Positions 16,768-26,985 of a stretch of 64,000 nucleotides of DNA are shown in pieces. This stretch comes from an uncultured Spirochaetota bacterium (GTDB lineage: Bacteria; Spirochaetota; Spirochaetia; SZUA-6; Fen-1364). Within the stretch, counting starts at the first letter, position 1. Each line of letters begins with the position of its first letter. The notes beneath the pieces were generated by a model that was not told the origin of the DNA, ran no database searches, and was given only the letters and a program-made list of their open reading frames with translations. A program made the position numbers and the translations under genes. Where the stretch lies: positions 1,536,001-1,600,000 of the forward strand of contig CAWGAA010000001.1 of the NCBI GenBank assembly GCA_963820525.1, given 5' to 3'.

Positions 16768-17814
16768 GTGCCTATCGCCAGGCGTCTCCTCCCCCTGATT
16801 TTCCTCCTTGTTTGCTCGCTCGCAGAAGCCGCCGGCGTCACTCTCATGGTCTACAACGTCGAAAATCTGTTCGACGACAAGCGCGATGGAAGCGAGTTCC
16901 CTGAATTCGATCCCGGCCGGGGCTCCTGGAACACGGAGTCCTATCGCCTTCGTCTGCGCACGATAGCGGAGGTCGTCAGAAGGGCGTTCGCCGGCGGGCC
17001 CGATATCCTCGTGCTCCAGGAAGTCGAGAACGAAAACGCCCTGCGCGCTCTCGCGGACAGCGGGCTCAAAGACATGGGCTACTCGCGGGCCGTCATGGTG
17101 CCCAAGAAAGGTCTCGCCACCAACATTGGGGTTCTCACCCGCCTGCCCGTATCGAGGGTGCACGCGTACCACGTGGGCCGCTGGAATCGCACTACGGTGC
17201 GCGACGTGGTCGAGGTGGAGATCGAGAAGGGCGGCCACACCCTCCATCTCTTCGACAACCACTGGAAATCGAAGACGGGAGGGGCAAGAGAGACGGAGAG
17301 CTCGCGCCTGGCCTCCGCTCGAATCGTGATCGGGAGGGTGCGGGAGATCCTGGCTGAAGACCCTGCGGCGGACATCGTCGTGGCGGGGGACATGAACGAG
17401 AACAGCGACGAGTTCATCCGCTCGGGCCGCCGCTACCAGACAGCGCTCATCCCCGCGGACGCCGGGGCTTCCCCCGCGTACTCGGCGGCCAGCATTTTTC
17501 TCACCGGCACCGGAAGCGAGGCGGGGATCCGGGCAGATCGTCTGGTGCTCTACGACCCCTGGTTCGAGCTTCCCGAAGGCGCGCGCGGCTCCTATCGCTA
17601 CGGAAGGACCTGGGAGACATTCGACCACATCCTGCTTTCCCCAGGGCTGTTCGACGGCAAGGGATTCTCCTACCGCCCGGGAAGCTTCAGCGTGCAGCGA
17701 GACTCTTTCCTCCTGACCGAAAAGGGAACTCCGCGAAAGTGGGAGGGCTTCAAGAGCCGGGGGGGATACTCGGACCATCTGCCCCTTCGCATGAAGCTCG
17801 ATTTCAGGAACTGA
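16768..17814 (+). CDS. Secreted endonuclease/exonuclease/phosphatase family protein
   Basis: Signal peptide, YNVENLFD, LQEVEN, NHWKSK, GDMN, SDHLP. Confidence 0.88.
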   Translation: MPIARRLLPLIFLLVCSLAEAAGVTLMVYNVENLFDDKRDGSEFPEFDPGRGSWNTESYRLRLRTIAEVVRRAFAGGPDILVLQEVENENALRALADSGLKDMGYSRAVMVPKKGLATNIGVLTRLPVSRVHAYHVGRWNRTTVRDVVEVEIEKGGHTLHLFDNHWKSKTGGARETESSRLASARIVIGRVREILAEDPAADIVVAGDMNENSDEFIRSGRRYQTALIPADAGASPAYSAASIFLTGTGSEAGIRADRLVLYDPWFELPEGARGSYRYGRTWETFDHILLSPGLFDGKGFSYRPGSFSVQRDSFLLTEKGTPRKWEGFKSRGGYSDHLPLRMKLDFRN

Positions 17815-17887
17815 AAGCAGCACGGCTGCTTTCCTGACCGGGCAGTCTCTCTTGCATCCCCCCGCGCCTTGAGTTTATAAGGAAGCA

Positions 17888-19169
17888 ATGGAATCGTTTC
17901 ACTCGGAATCGGAATACATCAAGGTCCTGGAAGCCCGCTCGGCGCTCCCCGAAGGCTTCCGCGCCTCCACGGTGGGCCTGAGATTCTTCCCGGAGGAGCG
18001 GAGCGTCGGAGAGCCTCTCCCGATGAACCTCTCCCTCATCGAATTGTCCGAGGAGACTCGCGACTTCGCGGCTTTATTCACGAAAAACCGCTTCCCCGGC
18101 GCCCCCGTGCTCATCGGCAGGGAAAGGCTCGCCCGGCCGGCTGTCAGGGGAGTCCTGATCAACAACAAGATCTCCAACGTCTGCGCTCCGGGGGGAAGGG
18201 AAGACGCCGAGAGGCTCCTCTCTACCCTGGGCGGGCTTCTGGGCGCCTCCGGGCAGGATTTCTTCACGGCATCCACGGGAATCATCGGCTGGAGGCTCCC
18301 CATCGGCGAGATGGAGGAGTGTCTCCCCGGCCTCGTGAGGAATCTCGACTCCGGCTCCATCCTTCCCGTTGCGCGCGGCATCATGACCACGGACTCCTTC
18401 CCCAAGGTGCGCAGGGCGGCGGTCGGGCGGGGAAGCATCGTGGCGATCGCCAAGGGCGCCGGGATGATCGAGCCGAACATGGCAACCCTCCTCTGCTTCA
18501 TCTGCACGGATGTCGCCGTGGATCGCGACAGGCTGCGCGAGGACACTCGCATTCTGCGTGGAGAGGAGCCTCAACCGCATATCGATCGACTCGGACCAGA
18601 GCACCAGCGACATGACCCTTCTCTTCGCTTCCGGCAGGAAGGGGAAGGCGGATCCCCAGGAGTTCCGCCAGTCACTGCTCTCCGTTCTCTCGGCACTGGC
18701 CGAGGATATCGTGCGAAATGCCGAGGGCGGCGCTCACGTGATCAGCGTGGAGGTTTCGGGGGCCAGGGACTCCCGGACCGCCGTTGGAGCGGGAAAGGCC
18801 ATCGTCAACTCCCCCCTGGTGAAGACCGCCATCTTCGGAAACGATCCCAATGTCGGAAGGATCGTCTCGGCCCTGGGAGACTACCTGGGCAGCGAGGGCA
18901 TCCCGGCGGATACCGGGAAAGTCACGGTCAGGATGGGAGGGATGGAGATATTCTCCGGCGGCGCGTTCCGCCTGGACGGCTCCAAGGAAGAGAAGCTCTC
19001 GGCATACCTGAAGCGCGCCGGTTTCGACCCGAAGATCAAGGGCTTTCCCCAGCATGATAGGAGGGTGGAAATCGAAGTACTGATGGAAGGATCGGCGCCG
19101 CCGGAGCGGGTGCTGGGCACGGACCTGTCATACGAGTATGTCCGTGAGAACGCCGACTACAGATCGTAG
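17888..19169 (+). CDS. argJ: Ornithine acetyltransferase ArgJ, split by a +1 frameshift near 18541
   Basis: First frame: STGIIG, IMTTD, KGAGMIEPNMAT. Second frame: NRISIDSDQSTSD, SPLVKTAIFGNDPNVGR, DLSYEYVRENADYRS. Confidence 0.9.
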
Positions 19170-19180
19170 TTGGGAAGTGC

Positions 19181-19399
19181 TTATTTCTCTCTATAGATGA
19201 TTCTCCCCCGGGTAAGGTCGTAGGGGGAGAGCGCGACCTTCACCTTGTCGCCGGGCACGATGCGGATGTAGTGCTTCCGCATCTTGCCGGACAGGTGCGC
19301 GAGAATAAGGTGTCCGTTTTCAAGCTCCACGCGGAACATTGTGTTGGGAAGGGATTCCTTGACCCTTCCGTCGACTTCAATCGCCTCTTCTTTCGCCAA
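19181..19399 (-). CDS. infA: Translation initiation factor IF-1
   Basis: [36 protein letters not shown]. Confidence 0.98.
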   Translation of the reverse strand: MAKEEAIEVDGRVKESLPNTMFRVELENGHLILAHLSGKMRKHYIRIVPGDKVKVALSPYDLTRGRIIYREK

Positions 19400-19590
19400 T
19401 CAGGCCTCCTTGACAGCAAAATGTAGCCTCTGCCGGTCTTCGTGTCAATGACCGGACCGCCTGCTTTTTCACTAAACGGCAAAACGGCGGGTCGGAACCC
19501 CGGAATTCACGCAAAGATCGAGCTTGACAAGAGCGTATCTTTATGTGCATATTCCTTTGCCTAAAGCAAACCAAGACAAGGATACCGAAC

Positions 19591-19947
19591 ATGGATGAAG
19601 CTTTCCTTCGTAGGATGAGAACCTCTCTCGTGGAGCTGAAGAAGGAGATCCTCAGGAACCTTGCGGCAGAAAGCGAAGATTTCCGGACCATCATCGAAGA
19701 CATGGACCCGAAGGACCTTGCCGACATTGCGGCTGACGATATCGATAGGAAAACTCTCGAAGCGCTCGGAACCCAGGACCTGAACAGGCTCCAGCTCATC
19801 GAATCGGCCCTTTCGCGCATCGAGAACAAGAAGTACGGCGTCTGCATGCGCTGCTCCAAGAAGATTCCCAAGGAGCGGTTGGAAGCAATCCCCTATGCTC
19901 TTCTGTGCATAGACTGCAAGGCTTCCGAGGAGCGAAGAAACAGATAG
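19591..19947 (+). CDS. TraR/DksA C4 zinc-finger protein
   Basis: DLADIA coiled-coil tip; YGVCMRC..ERLEAIP..CIDC. Confidence 0.9.
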   Translation: MDEAFLRRMRTSLVELKKEILRNLAAESEDFRTIIEDMDPKDLADIAADDIDRKTLEALGTQDLNRLQLIESALSRIENKKYGVCMRCSKKIPKERLEAIPYALLCIDCKASEERRNR

Positions 19948-20049
19948 CCGGGCGGGGGCCGGATTCGGCCACCGCATGCGCAACTCACCATCATCAGAGC
20001 TTACCCCGGGATCGAAAATGGCCGAAACTCTCTAGTGAGGAGATTGGTC

Positions 20050-20424
20050 ATGGTCGAGGCGATTTCTCCCTATCCGTCCATCGGGATCCCGACGCTCATG
20101 ATCTCCTCGCTTCCCCGCGTGGGAAGCGGGAAGGTGACGATGCCGGTCCGTCCGGCATATACCTATCTGGCCACCTTCAAGCACATTCAGGTCGTGCCGG
20201 ATCGCAACGGCATCCCCCTGTACAAGCTCAACGCGCTGGACGCCCTCATCGAAAGGCTGACCCGCGCCGGTTCCCCCTCCGTCGAGAAACTCCGGCGCCT
20301 CGATTCCAGCACGATAGACGACGCGGTGAAGGGACTGTCGCTGGAGCTCGCTTCCCGGGCAGCCGGCCGCTTCACGGGCGGCAACCAGATCGAGACGGGG
20401 CTCGTGGTGGACCTGGCGGCCTGA
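20050..20424 (+). CDS. Hypothetical protein
   Basis: Plausible ORF in an intergenic gap, ends GLVVDLAA; start uncertain (20035 or 20050). Confidence 0.65.
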   Translation: MVEAISPYPSIGIPTLMISSLPRVGSGKVTMPVRPAYTYLATFKHIQVVPDRNGIPLYKLNALDALIERLTRAGSPSVEKLRRLDSSTIDDAVKGLSLELASRAAGRFTGGNQIETGLVVDLAA

Positions 20425-20429
20425 CGCCC

Positions 20430-21089
20430 TCATTCCCTGAAATACGGATTTCCCTTCTTCTCCCTCTCTATCGTTGTGAATGGGCCATGCCCGGGGAAAA
20501 CACGCGTTTCCGGCGGCAGGATCATGATCTTTTTCTGGATGCTCTCCCGAAGCTTCTTTTCATTGCCTCCGTGAAGGTCCGTTCTCCCCACTCCTTCGAA
20601 AAACAGCGTATCTCCGGAGAAAAGGATTCCTTCCCTCTCGCTGTAGAAGCAGACGCTCCCGGAAGTGTGCCCCGGAGTCTCGATCACGACGAGGTCCGTG
20701 TCCAGGACGCTCTCGCCGTCCTTCAGCTTCACGTCGGGCTTGGGCAGCTGAGGGAAGTCTCCAAAGAGGGACCCTTCGCCTTCCTCGAGGTACTCCTCGT
20801 GGGCCTCTTCCGCCTTGGGGCCCAGGAATTTCCTGTCCGACGTGTGGACCGCCACCCGAAAGTCGTACCCCCTCTGCTTGTACAGGCCCTTGAGCCTGCC
20901 GAGCGCCGCGACATGGTCGAGATGGCCGTGCGTGAGAGCGACTCCCGCGGGGACCATGTTGAGCACGTCCACGCGCGTTGAGATCTCGCACTCGTCCCAA
21001 CCCGGGTCGATGATAATGCACTCTTTCTTGCTGCTGGAGTAGATGTAACAATTGGTCTTTACGGGACCTACGACAACTCTTTCTATCAT
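20430..21089 (-). CDS. MBL-fold metallo-hydrolase (glyoxalase II-like)
   Basis: THGHLDH, TPGHT, SGDTLF, PGHG. Confidence 0.92.
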   Translation of the reverse strand: MIERVVVGPVKTNCYIYSSSKKECIIIDPGWDECEISTRVDVLNMVPAGVALTHGHLDHVAALGRLKGLYKQRGYDFRVAVHTSDRKFLGPKAEEAHEEYLEEGEGSLFGDFPQLPKPDVKLKDGESVLDTDLVVIETPGHTSGSVCFYSEREGILFSGDTLFFEGVGRTDLHGGNEKKLRESIQKKIMILPPETRVFPGHGPFTTIEREKKGNPYFRE

Positions 21090-21137
21090 GGTATAATGGA
21101 GACTAAAGAATTCGACAACCTTGTTCAAGAGAACGGC

Positions 21138-22373
21138 ATGCTCTGGTACCTGGCTCTGATCCTCGCCATCGCGATCCTCTTCTACCTTGCCATTCCCGGC
21201 ATCGGGGCCTTCCTCGTGCGCGAGCAGTGGAGGCTCTTCAGAAAACGGATCACCGAGGTCTCGCGATACCCCATGCTCAACCCGCGCGCCCCCGGGAGGG
21301 AGAGGAACGCCTTCATCGGGTACTTCCGCTTTTTCGGCACCCTGGAGGCGATCCAGGGCGATGACCGCATCTGGATAACCAACGGAGCCTTCTCCGTGGC
21401 CGCTGACCTCCACCATGGAAGCCTCACCATGCTCCCCGCCGCCTCCCCCGGCCAGAGCGACGAGGATTCCGAGCTGCGGGTTGTGCCATGGAGCAGGGTC
21501 TTCTCCCTCCCCGAGGGCACCCCCATCCTCGTGGGCGGGGCGCTTTTCAGCGAGGACGGCAGGGGGGTATTCGGCTCGCGGGGAAAGGTGAAGCCCCTGG
21601 TCGTGATCCACGATTGCAAGCGCGAGCATATTGTGCAGCGCGCCATCTGGAGCGGCCGGCAGAGAAACGAGTACTGGAACCAGTTCACGATCCCCTCCAT
21701 CATCGCCGGCTCGTTCATCCTCTTCCTCCTGGCGTACAGCTCCCTGGTCAACCCGGACCTCCGGGTTCCTGCTATCGTGGCGCTCGCCATGTGCCTTGCC
21801 CCCGTGTCTCCCTTCCTCCCGCCGGCCTTTCCCCTCTACTTCCTCTACCGCAGCTTCTGGAAGAAGGCGCGCCTCATGCGGGCCCAGCGTGACGTGGTGA
21901 TGCTCCCCATGCGCTACTTCCCTCCCGCGCGGCCGCGGGACGCCCCCCCGCGGGAGCGTCGCGAGCAGCGGGCGACGCTGCTGCCGGACCTGGAGCCGTA
22001 CGTCATGCTGCGGGGCCGCGAGCAGGAGGGAGATCCGGGCGCCATCGTCTGCGCGGGGGAGACGGTGCAGCTGCCAGCGGAAACCAGGCGGATCGCCCTC
22101 ACGCTGCCCCGTGCCGGCGCGAGGAGAATGCGCGGGGGAGGTGAATCATTCGCGTTCGGAGCCTACAGCGATGAGGGGGACGGGATCCTGCTCCGGCGCC
22201 CCGAGGACCCGATGGCGGAGCTCATCGTGGTGCCCGGAGACCCGGAGGATATCTCGGAGGGATGCGGGAGGGCGGCGCGGCTCTACGAGATCGTGTCGGC
22301 GGTATTCATCGGGCTCAATGTTGCGCTGAACATGGCGGGGATACTCATCCTTCTCACGCTGCTCATTGGATGA
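21138..22373 (+). CDS. Hypothetical membrane protein
   Basis: Several hydrophobic segments; host-like codon usage. Confidence 0.75.
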   Translation: MLWYLALILAIAILFYLAIPGIGAFLVREQWRLFRKRITEVSRYPMLNPRAPGRERNAFIGYFRFFGTLEAIQGDDRIWITNGAFSVAADLHHGSLTMLPAASPGQSDEDSELRVVPWSRVFSLPEGTPILVGGALFSEDGRGVFGSRGKVKPLVVIHDCKREHIVQRAIWSGRQRNEYWNQFTIPSIIAGSFILFLLAYSSLVNPDLRVPAIVALAMCLAPVSPFLPPAFPLYFLYRSFWKKARLMRAQRDVVMLPMRYFPPARPRDAPPRERREQRATLLPDLEPYVMLRGREQEGDPGAIVCAGETVQLPAETRRIALTLPRAGARRMRGGGESFAFGAYSDEGDGILLRRPEDPMAELIVVPGDPEDISEGCGRAARLYEIVSAVFIGLNVALNMAGILILLTLLIG

Positions 22374-22941
22374 AGGCGCCCCCCGGAGTCTCCCCTGTCT
22401 TGACGGCCGTGATGAGATGGATCGCCCTGCCGGCATCGGCGAGCTTCCTGCTGTAGATCGAGATGAAGGCCTCCTCCGGGTGGGGATCCTCGGCGAGGGT
22501 GAACCCTCCGCCGAGGAGAAGCAGAACCTTCGTCTGAACGTAATAGTCGAGAAAATCGGTGCTGAAGAAGAGCCGGCCCCCGCACTTCAGGCAGGAGGCG
22601 AGCACCCCCAGGTTCTCCCGGGAGAGGAAGCGGCGCTTCCTGTGACGCGTCTTCGGCCATGGATCGGGGAAGTAGATATGGAATGCGTCCACCGAGGAGG
22701 CGGGGATGTCCCGGATGAAGCCTTCGGCGCCGGCCTTCACGATCGCCACATTGACCAGGCCGCGCTTTCGGGCCTTCTCCTCCGCCCTGGCACAGCGTCT
22801 GCTCTTCAGCTCCAGCCCGATGAGAAAGATTTCCGGGTTTCGCTCGGCGTAGTCGGCGAGGAAGTGCCCGTTTCCGCAGCCGATCTCGATCTCAACGGCC
22901 TTGAAAACCCGGAAACGGTCGCGGAGCTCAAGGAAGGTCAC
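22363..22941 (-). CDS. trmB: tRNA (guanine-N7)-methyltransferase
   Basis: EIGCGNG, FPDPWPK.RH.KRR, STD. Confidence 0.92.
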   Translation of the reverse strand: MTFLELRDRFRVFKAVEIEIGCGNGHFLADYAERNPEIFLIGLELKSRRCARAEEKARKRGLVNVAIVKAGAEGFIRDIPASSVDAFHIYFPDPWPKTRHRKRRFLSRENLGVLASCLKCGGRLFFSTDFLDYYVQTKVLLLLGGGFTLAEDPHPEEAFISIYSRKLADAGRAIHLITAVKTGETPGGAFIQ

Positions 22942-24581
22942 GAGCTCTCTTTCTCTTCCTTCTTCTTGGCGAAGTTGACCGTGATGGTCTTGCCCTTGAA
23001 ATCGCTTCCGGAGAGACGGGAAATCGCCTCCTCGGCGCGCGCCCGCGCAATCTCGACGAACGAGTACTTGTCGAAGACCCGGACGCTGCCGATTTCATCT
23101 GCGCGGAGCTTGAGTTTTTCCAGGAAGAGCCCGCTCAAGTCGCGGGGGAACACGCGCCGATTCCTGCCGATGCTCACGAAGAGCTGGATCAGCTTTCCCT
23201 CTCCTGCGCCGCCCTTGTCGGCCGCGCCGCGATCCGCCCCCCGCCCCGCGGCCCGCTCAGCCGCCCTTTCGGGCTTCTGTCTGCCCCTGGGCTCCGCCCT
23301 CTGCCTCTCCTTCTGCTCCGGAGGGGCGGCCGCCGCCTCGGCCCCCATGCGCGGAAGCTGCGACTTCAACAGGTAGGCCGTGACATAGGACCGCATGAGC
23401 AGGGGGACCTGCTTGCGGATGAGGGAGCGAAGCCTCGCCAGATCCTCGAGGTTCTCTTCTTCCCTGATCCTGCGCATGATCCTCTCGAGGGAGCCGCGAA
23501 TCGTTTCAGCGCCGCCGGGTAGGCTTTCGTTTCTCATGATGACTCCGTGTATTTCCTGGATTTTGGCGAGCTCCCGCGCCTGACTGCGATCCACCATCGC
23601 CATGATGCTGCCATGAAAACCGGGCAGTCGCGGCGCGGCCGGAGCCGTCCCGCGGAGTGGAAGATCGTAGTACAGGATGCAGCGCGCCCGAAGGATTTCG
23701 CTTTCCACGGGCAGGGGGTGCGGCAGGCATAGGACTTCAAGCTCCCCACGGGCGAAGGATGTGAAGAGCTTCTTGCGCCCCGTCGCGCCCGCGCCGTGAT
23801 CGGGGGCGGCCGCCGGGATCAGGCATTCGTTCAAGCGGCGGGCAAGGTCTCCGCCGCGGGTCCGCGGGGAGTGGAGCACGACCGCGGAGGAGACCCGCCG
23901 CGCAAGAAAAATCCTTGCGAGAAGCTCGGGTTTCTCGGCATCCCCCACCTCGAAGGAGAGATGCTCCACGGGACCGGCGGGCTCGCCGGAAGACAGGACC
24001 GCGGGACGGCGCAGGAGAGGCAGCAGGCCCTCCTCCTCGGAGGGCGCGATGGGACCGGGGGTGAAGAGCACGGTCTGGCGCCGGGAGGGCAGCTTGGCGA
24101 ATATGAACTGGACGTCCTTGACGAAATCCTCGGCAAGATCGCCTTCGGGCTGCTGGACGACCACGACGGAAAGCTTGTCGAGCTGGAGAGTACCGCGGCG
24201 GATATGGTCTATCACGCGGCCCGCGGTAGCCGCGATGAGGGAGGGGGCCCTCTCCAGGCGGCGCTCTTCCCGCCGGGTGTCATCCGTGTCCCCGAGGGTG
24301 AGAAGCGGCGGCGGGTCTCTCATGAGACGGGAAAAACGCAGGTGCTCCTGGGCGATCCTCCGCACGCGATCCGCGTCCGCCGCGATGATGGCGGTCCGGA
24401 CGCCCGGCTCGCTTCGGCTTTCCATCATCAAGGGCAGGAGAAAGGCCGCGGTTTTTCCCGCTCCGGGCTCGGCTTGGACCACGACGTCTCTTCCCGAGAT
24501 GATGAGAGGAATCAGCTTTTTCTGCAAAGGCGTAAGGACGGCATAGCCGGCCGTTCGAAACAGCCGGAGTACCTCGCTCAT
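22938..24581 (-). CDS. Degenerate DEAD-box-like protein with DbpA RNA-binding domain
   Basis: Q motif TPLQ, GAGKT, AGRVIDH present; DEAD replaced by QQPE; C-terminal LFVSIGRNRRV..FDKYSFVE. Confidence 0.8.
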   Translation of the reverse strand: MSEVLRLFRTAGYAVLTPLQKKLIPLIISGRDVVVQAEPGAGKTAAFLLPLMMESRSEPGVRTAIIAADADRVRRIAQEHLRFSRLMRDPPPLLTLGDTDDTRREERRLERAPSLIAATAGRVIDHIRRGTLQLDKLSVVVVQQPEGDLAEDFVKDVQFIFAKLPSRRQTVLFTPGPIAPSEEEGLLPLLRRPAVLSSGEPAGPVEHLSFEVGDAEKPELLARIFLARRVSSAVVLHSPRTRGGDLARRLNECLIPAAAPDHGAGATGRKKLFTSFARGELEVLCLPHPLPVESEILRARCILYYDLPLRGTAPAAPRLPGFHGSIMAMVDRSQARELAKIQEIHGVIMRNESLPGGAETIRGSLERIMRRIREEENLEDLARLRSLIRKQVPLLMRSYVTAYLLKSQLPRMGAEAAAAPPEQKERQRAEPRGRQKPERAAERAAGRGADRGAADKGGAGEGKLIQLFVSIGRNRRVFPRDLSGLFLEKLKLRADEIGSVRVFDKYSFVEIARARAEEAISRLSGSDFKGKTITVNFAKKKEEKESS

Positions 24582-24726
24582 AGATGGTCTTCTTTGCGAG
24601 CGCATCGATTTTTCTCGAGGATAGTGGAATGAGGCGGAGGTGTCAAGGAATCCTGATCGGATTCGTTATACCGCCGCCGCCGAAAAAGTGCTACACTTTC
24701 AAATGCGGCGTGTTGAAAGGGGTCAT

Positions 24727-25935
24727 ATGCTCGGCAGGTTGCTCATCATCGCTCTCACGCTTGGCTTGAGCGCGGCGCCTTCGTTTTCGGAGATCTTCCG
24801 TTTCGCGTACACCAAAGGGGAGATGTACAGGCTCCTCTCCACGGTGAACGAGACGGTCACGGTCAACGGCCGATTCAACAGCAGAAACGATATCCTCAAT
24901 AAAATAGCCGTCGAGGTGACGGATACCAAAGGGGATTCGGGATACCACGTGGCGACGTTCCAATCTTCGACGCGCCTGCAGGGCTCCGTCGGCAGCTATG
25001 CCCTGAGCGAGGACTACGAATCCGAGTTCTGGCGTGATGGACGCGGCGCCTACACCATCGACGACAAATACTTCATGCCCGTTGTGCGCGACGTACCCCT
25101 CTTCCCCGAGGGCGATATCCAAATCGGTCAGACGTGGACGGCAAAGGGCAGCGAGGTGCACGATTTCCGCCAGGATTTCGGCGTGGAGAATCCTTTCCAC
25201 TTCCCCATCACGGCAAGCTATGCGTACCTTCGAAACGAAAAGCGCGACGGCATCGATTGCGCCGTGATCTCCGCTGCGTACACGATCTTTTACAAAATAA
25301 CCACTCCTCCCACCACTACGAACACCTATCCCGTGCGGATCACGGGCACCTCCCAGCAGACCTTCTGGTGGGATCTCAAGCTGAAGAGGTATCACTACGC
25401 CGAGGAGCAGTTCGACTTCATCTTCACTCTCGAGGACGGGCGCGAGGTTGAGTTCGCCGGCACGGACCATGGCGAGCTCATCGAGACCCGGCCTCTCGAC
25501 CGGGCCAAGGTGACCCAGGACATCCAGAACGACATAAAGAAGGGCGCGATACCCGATGCCTCGGTGCGCTCCGACGACAAGGGCGTCACCATCACCATCG
25601 AGAACGTGAACTTCCCTCCCAACTCCGACACCCTCCTGCCCGCGGAGCAGGACAAGGTGCGGCGGATCGCGCAGATCCTCAAGAAGTACCCTGACCGCGA
25701 CATTATGATCACCGGCCACACGGCGGGGGTTGGCGGATACACGGCGGAGGAGCACCAGCAGTTGTCTGAACAGCGGGCCGCGGCGGTGGGCAACTTCCTT
25801 CTTTCCCTGGGAGCCAGGGCGGCGACGCAGATGACCTTCCGAGGCATGGGCGCCCGGGTTCCCATCGGCGATAACGCCACCGAAGAGGGCAGGAAGAAGA
25901 ACAGGCGCGTGGAGATCACGATCCTGGAGAACTAG
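24727..25935 (+). CDS. OmpA-family domain protein
   Basis: Signal peptide; C-terminal ITGHTA..LSEQRA..NRRVEI. Confidence 0.9.
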   Translation: MLGRLLIIALTLGLSAAPSFSEIFRFAYTKGEMYRLLSTVNETVTVNGRFNSRNDILNKIAVEVTDTKGDSGYHVATFQSSTRLQGSVGSYALSEDYESEFWRDGRGAYTIDDKYFMPVVRDVPLFPEGDIQIGQTWTAKGSEVHDFRQDFGVENPFHFPITASYAYLRNEKRDGIDCAVISAAYTIFYKITTPPTTTNTYPVRITGTSQQTFWWDLKLKRYHYAEEQFDFIFTLEDGREVEFAGTDHGELIETRPLDRAKVTQDIQNDIKKGAIPDASVRSDDKGVTITIENVNFPPNSDTLLPAEQDKVRRIAQILKKYPDRDIMITGHTAGVGGYTAEEHQQLSEQRAAAVGNFLLSLGARAATQMTFRGMGARVPIGDNATEEGRKKNRRVEITILEN

Positions 25936-26006
25936 TCCTTGAGAACTTGGCGGCCGCCGCCCAGTTCCCGATCCGCCAGGACGCGATTTCTGCGGCAGCG
26001 CCGCCG

Positions 26007-26882
26007 TCAGGCCACGATGTCCCAGAACGCCTTCACAACGGGGGAGGCGAGCCTCCGACGGTGGGCGCACAGGCCGATTGTATAAGGCTCCAGGGGCGGC
26101 GCCACATCCAGCATCCGCACCTCCCCTTTCTGGGAGAACCTCTCCACGACTATGCGGGGGACCACCCCGACGCCGCAGCCCAGCCGGACCATGGAGACGA
26201 TGGCCTCGTGGCCGGAAACCTCCGCGTAGACGTTCGGCCGTATTCGCGAGGCGCGGAACCACGCGTCTGCCCGCTTTCGCGAAAGGCCGGCCTCGGAGAG
26301 CACCATGGGAACCCGGCCCCAGGGGATCGGAGGCTTCGACGTGAGGGCCTGCGCCTCGCAGCGGATCGCCGGAGCGATGAACTCGAGAGGTGTCACCGTC
26401 ACGGCCTTGAAAACGAGGCTCCGGGCAAGAGAGTCGGGACGCGCAGCCACCGTGATGTCCGCGGCGCCGCTTTGCACCCGTTCGATGGCGTTGGCCGGAT
26501 CTCCGGTCTCCAGCCGGATATGGATTGCCGGGTGCTTGACGCGGAAGATGGGCAGGAGCGCCGAGAGCACGGTATAGGAGGCGGCCACGGAGGAGTACAG
26601 GACGATCTCTCCCGTGAGCTCCTCCTGCCCGCTTGCAAGCGAGTTCTTGAGCTTCTTCCAGCCGTCGAGCGCCTCCAGGGCGTAGCTCCGGAAGCGGAGG
26701 CCCGCCGGCGTAAGCTCAACGCTCCGGTTGTCGCGGACGAAGAGTCTCTGGCCCAGCTCCTCCTCCAGCCGCAGGATGGTGCGGCTGAGGGCGGATGGGC
26801 TCAAGTTGCACTCGCGGCTGGCCCTGCCGAAGTGGAGGGTGGCGGCGAGGCTGAGGAACACGGTAAGGGAATTGAAGTCCAT
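26007..26882 (-). CDS. ilvY: LysR regulator IlvY
   Basis: LHFGRAS, RDNRSV, SVAASY, YAEVSGHEAIVSMV.LGCGVG; divergent from ilvC. Confidence 0.9.
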   Translation of the reverse strand: MDFNSLTVFLSLAATLHFGRASRECNLSPSALSRTILRLEEELGQRLFVRDNRSVELTPAGLRFRSYALEALDGWKKLKNSLASGQEELTGEIVLYSSVAASYTVLSALLPIFRVKHPAIHIRLETGDPANAIERVQSGAADITVAARPDSLARSLVFKAVTVTPLEFIAPAIRCEAQALTSKPPIPWGRVPMVLSEAGLSRKRADAWFRASRIRPNVYAEVSGHEAIVSMVRLGCGVGVVPRIVVERFSQKGEVRMLDVAPPLEPYTIGLCAHRRRLASPVVKAFWDIVA

Positions 26883-26892
26883 GGCCTCCCCT

Positions 26893-26942
26893 TGTTGCGT
26901 AAATCGCAACATTATATGGTAAAAATATCACTTTCATCAATA
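26893..26942. promoter_or_regulatory. IlvY operators O1/O2
   Basis: tgttgcg-taaat-cgcaaca palindrome (26893-26911) plus atatcactttcatcaata (26925-26942), like the E. coli ilvY-ilvC intergenic operators. Confidence 0.75.
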
Positions 26943-26985
26943 TTCGGAATCGTGCATAATTGCGGCAAACGGAAGGAGAAAAACT

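Noticed and set aside
17888..19169. Programmed frameshift or natural two-gene argJ
   Set aside because: No slippery heptamer, no RBS/start for the second part, and the break is not at the cleavage site.
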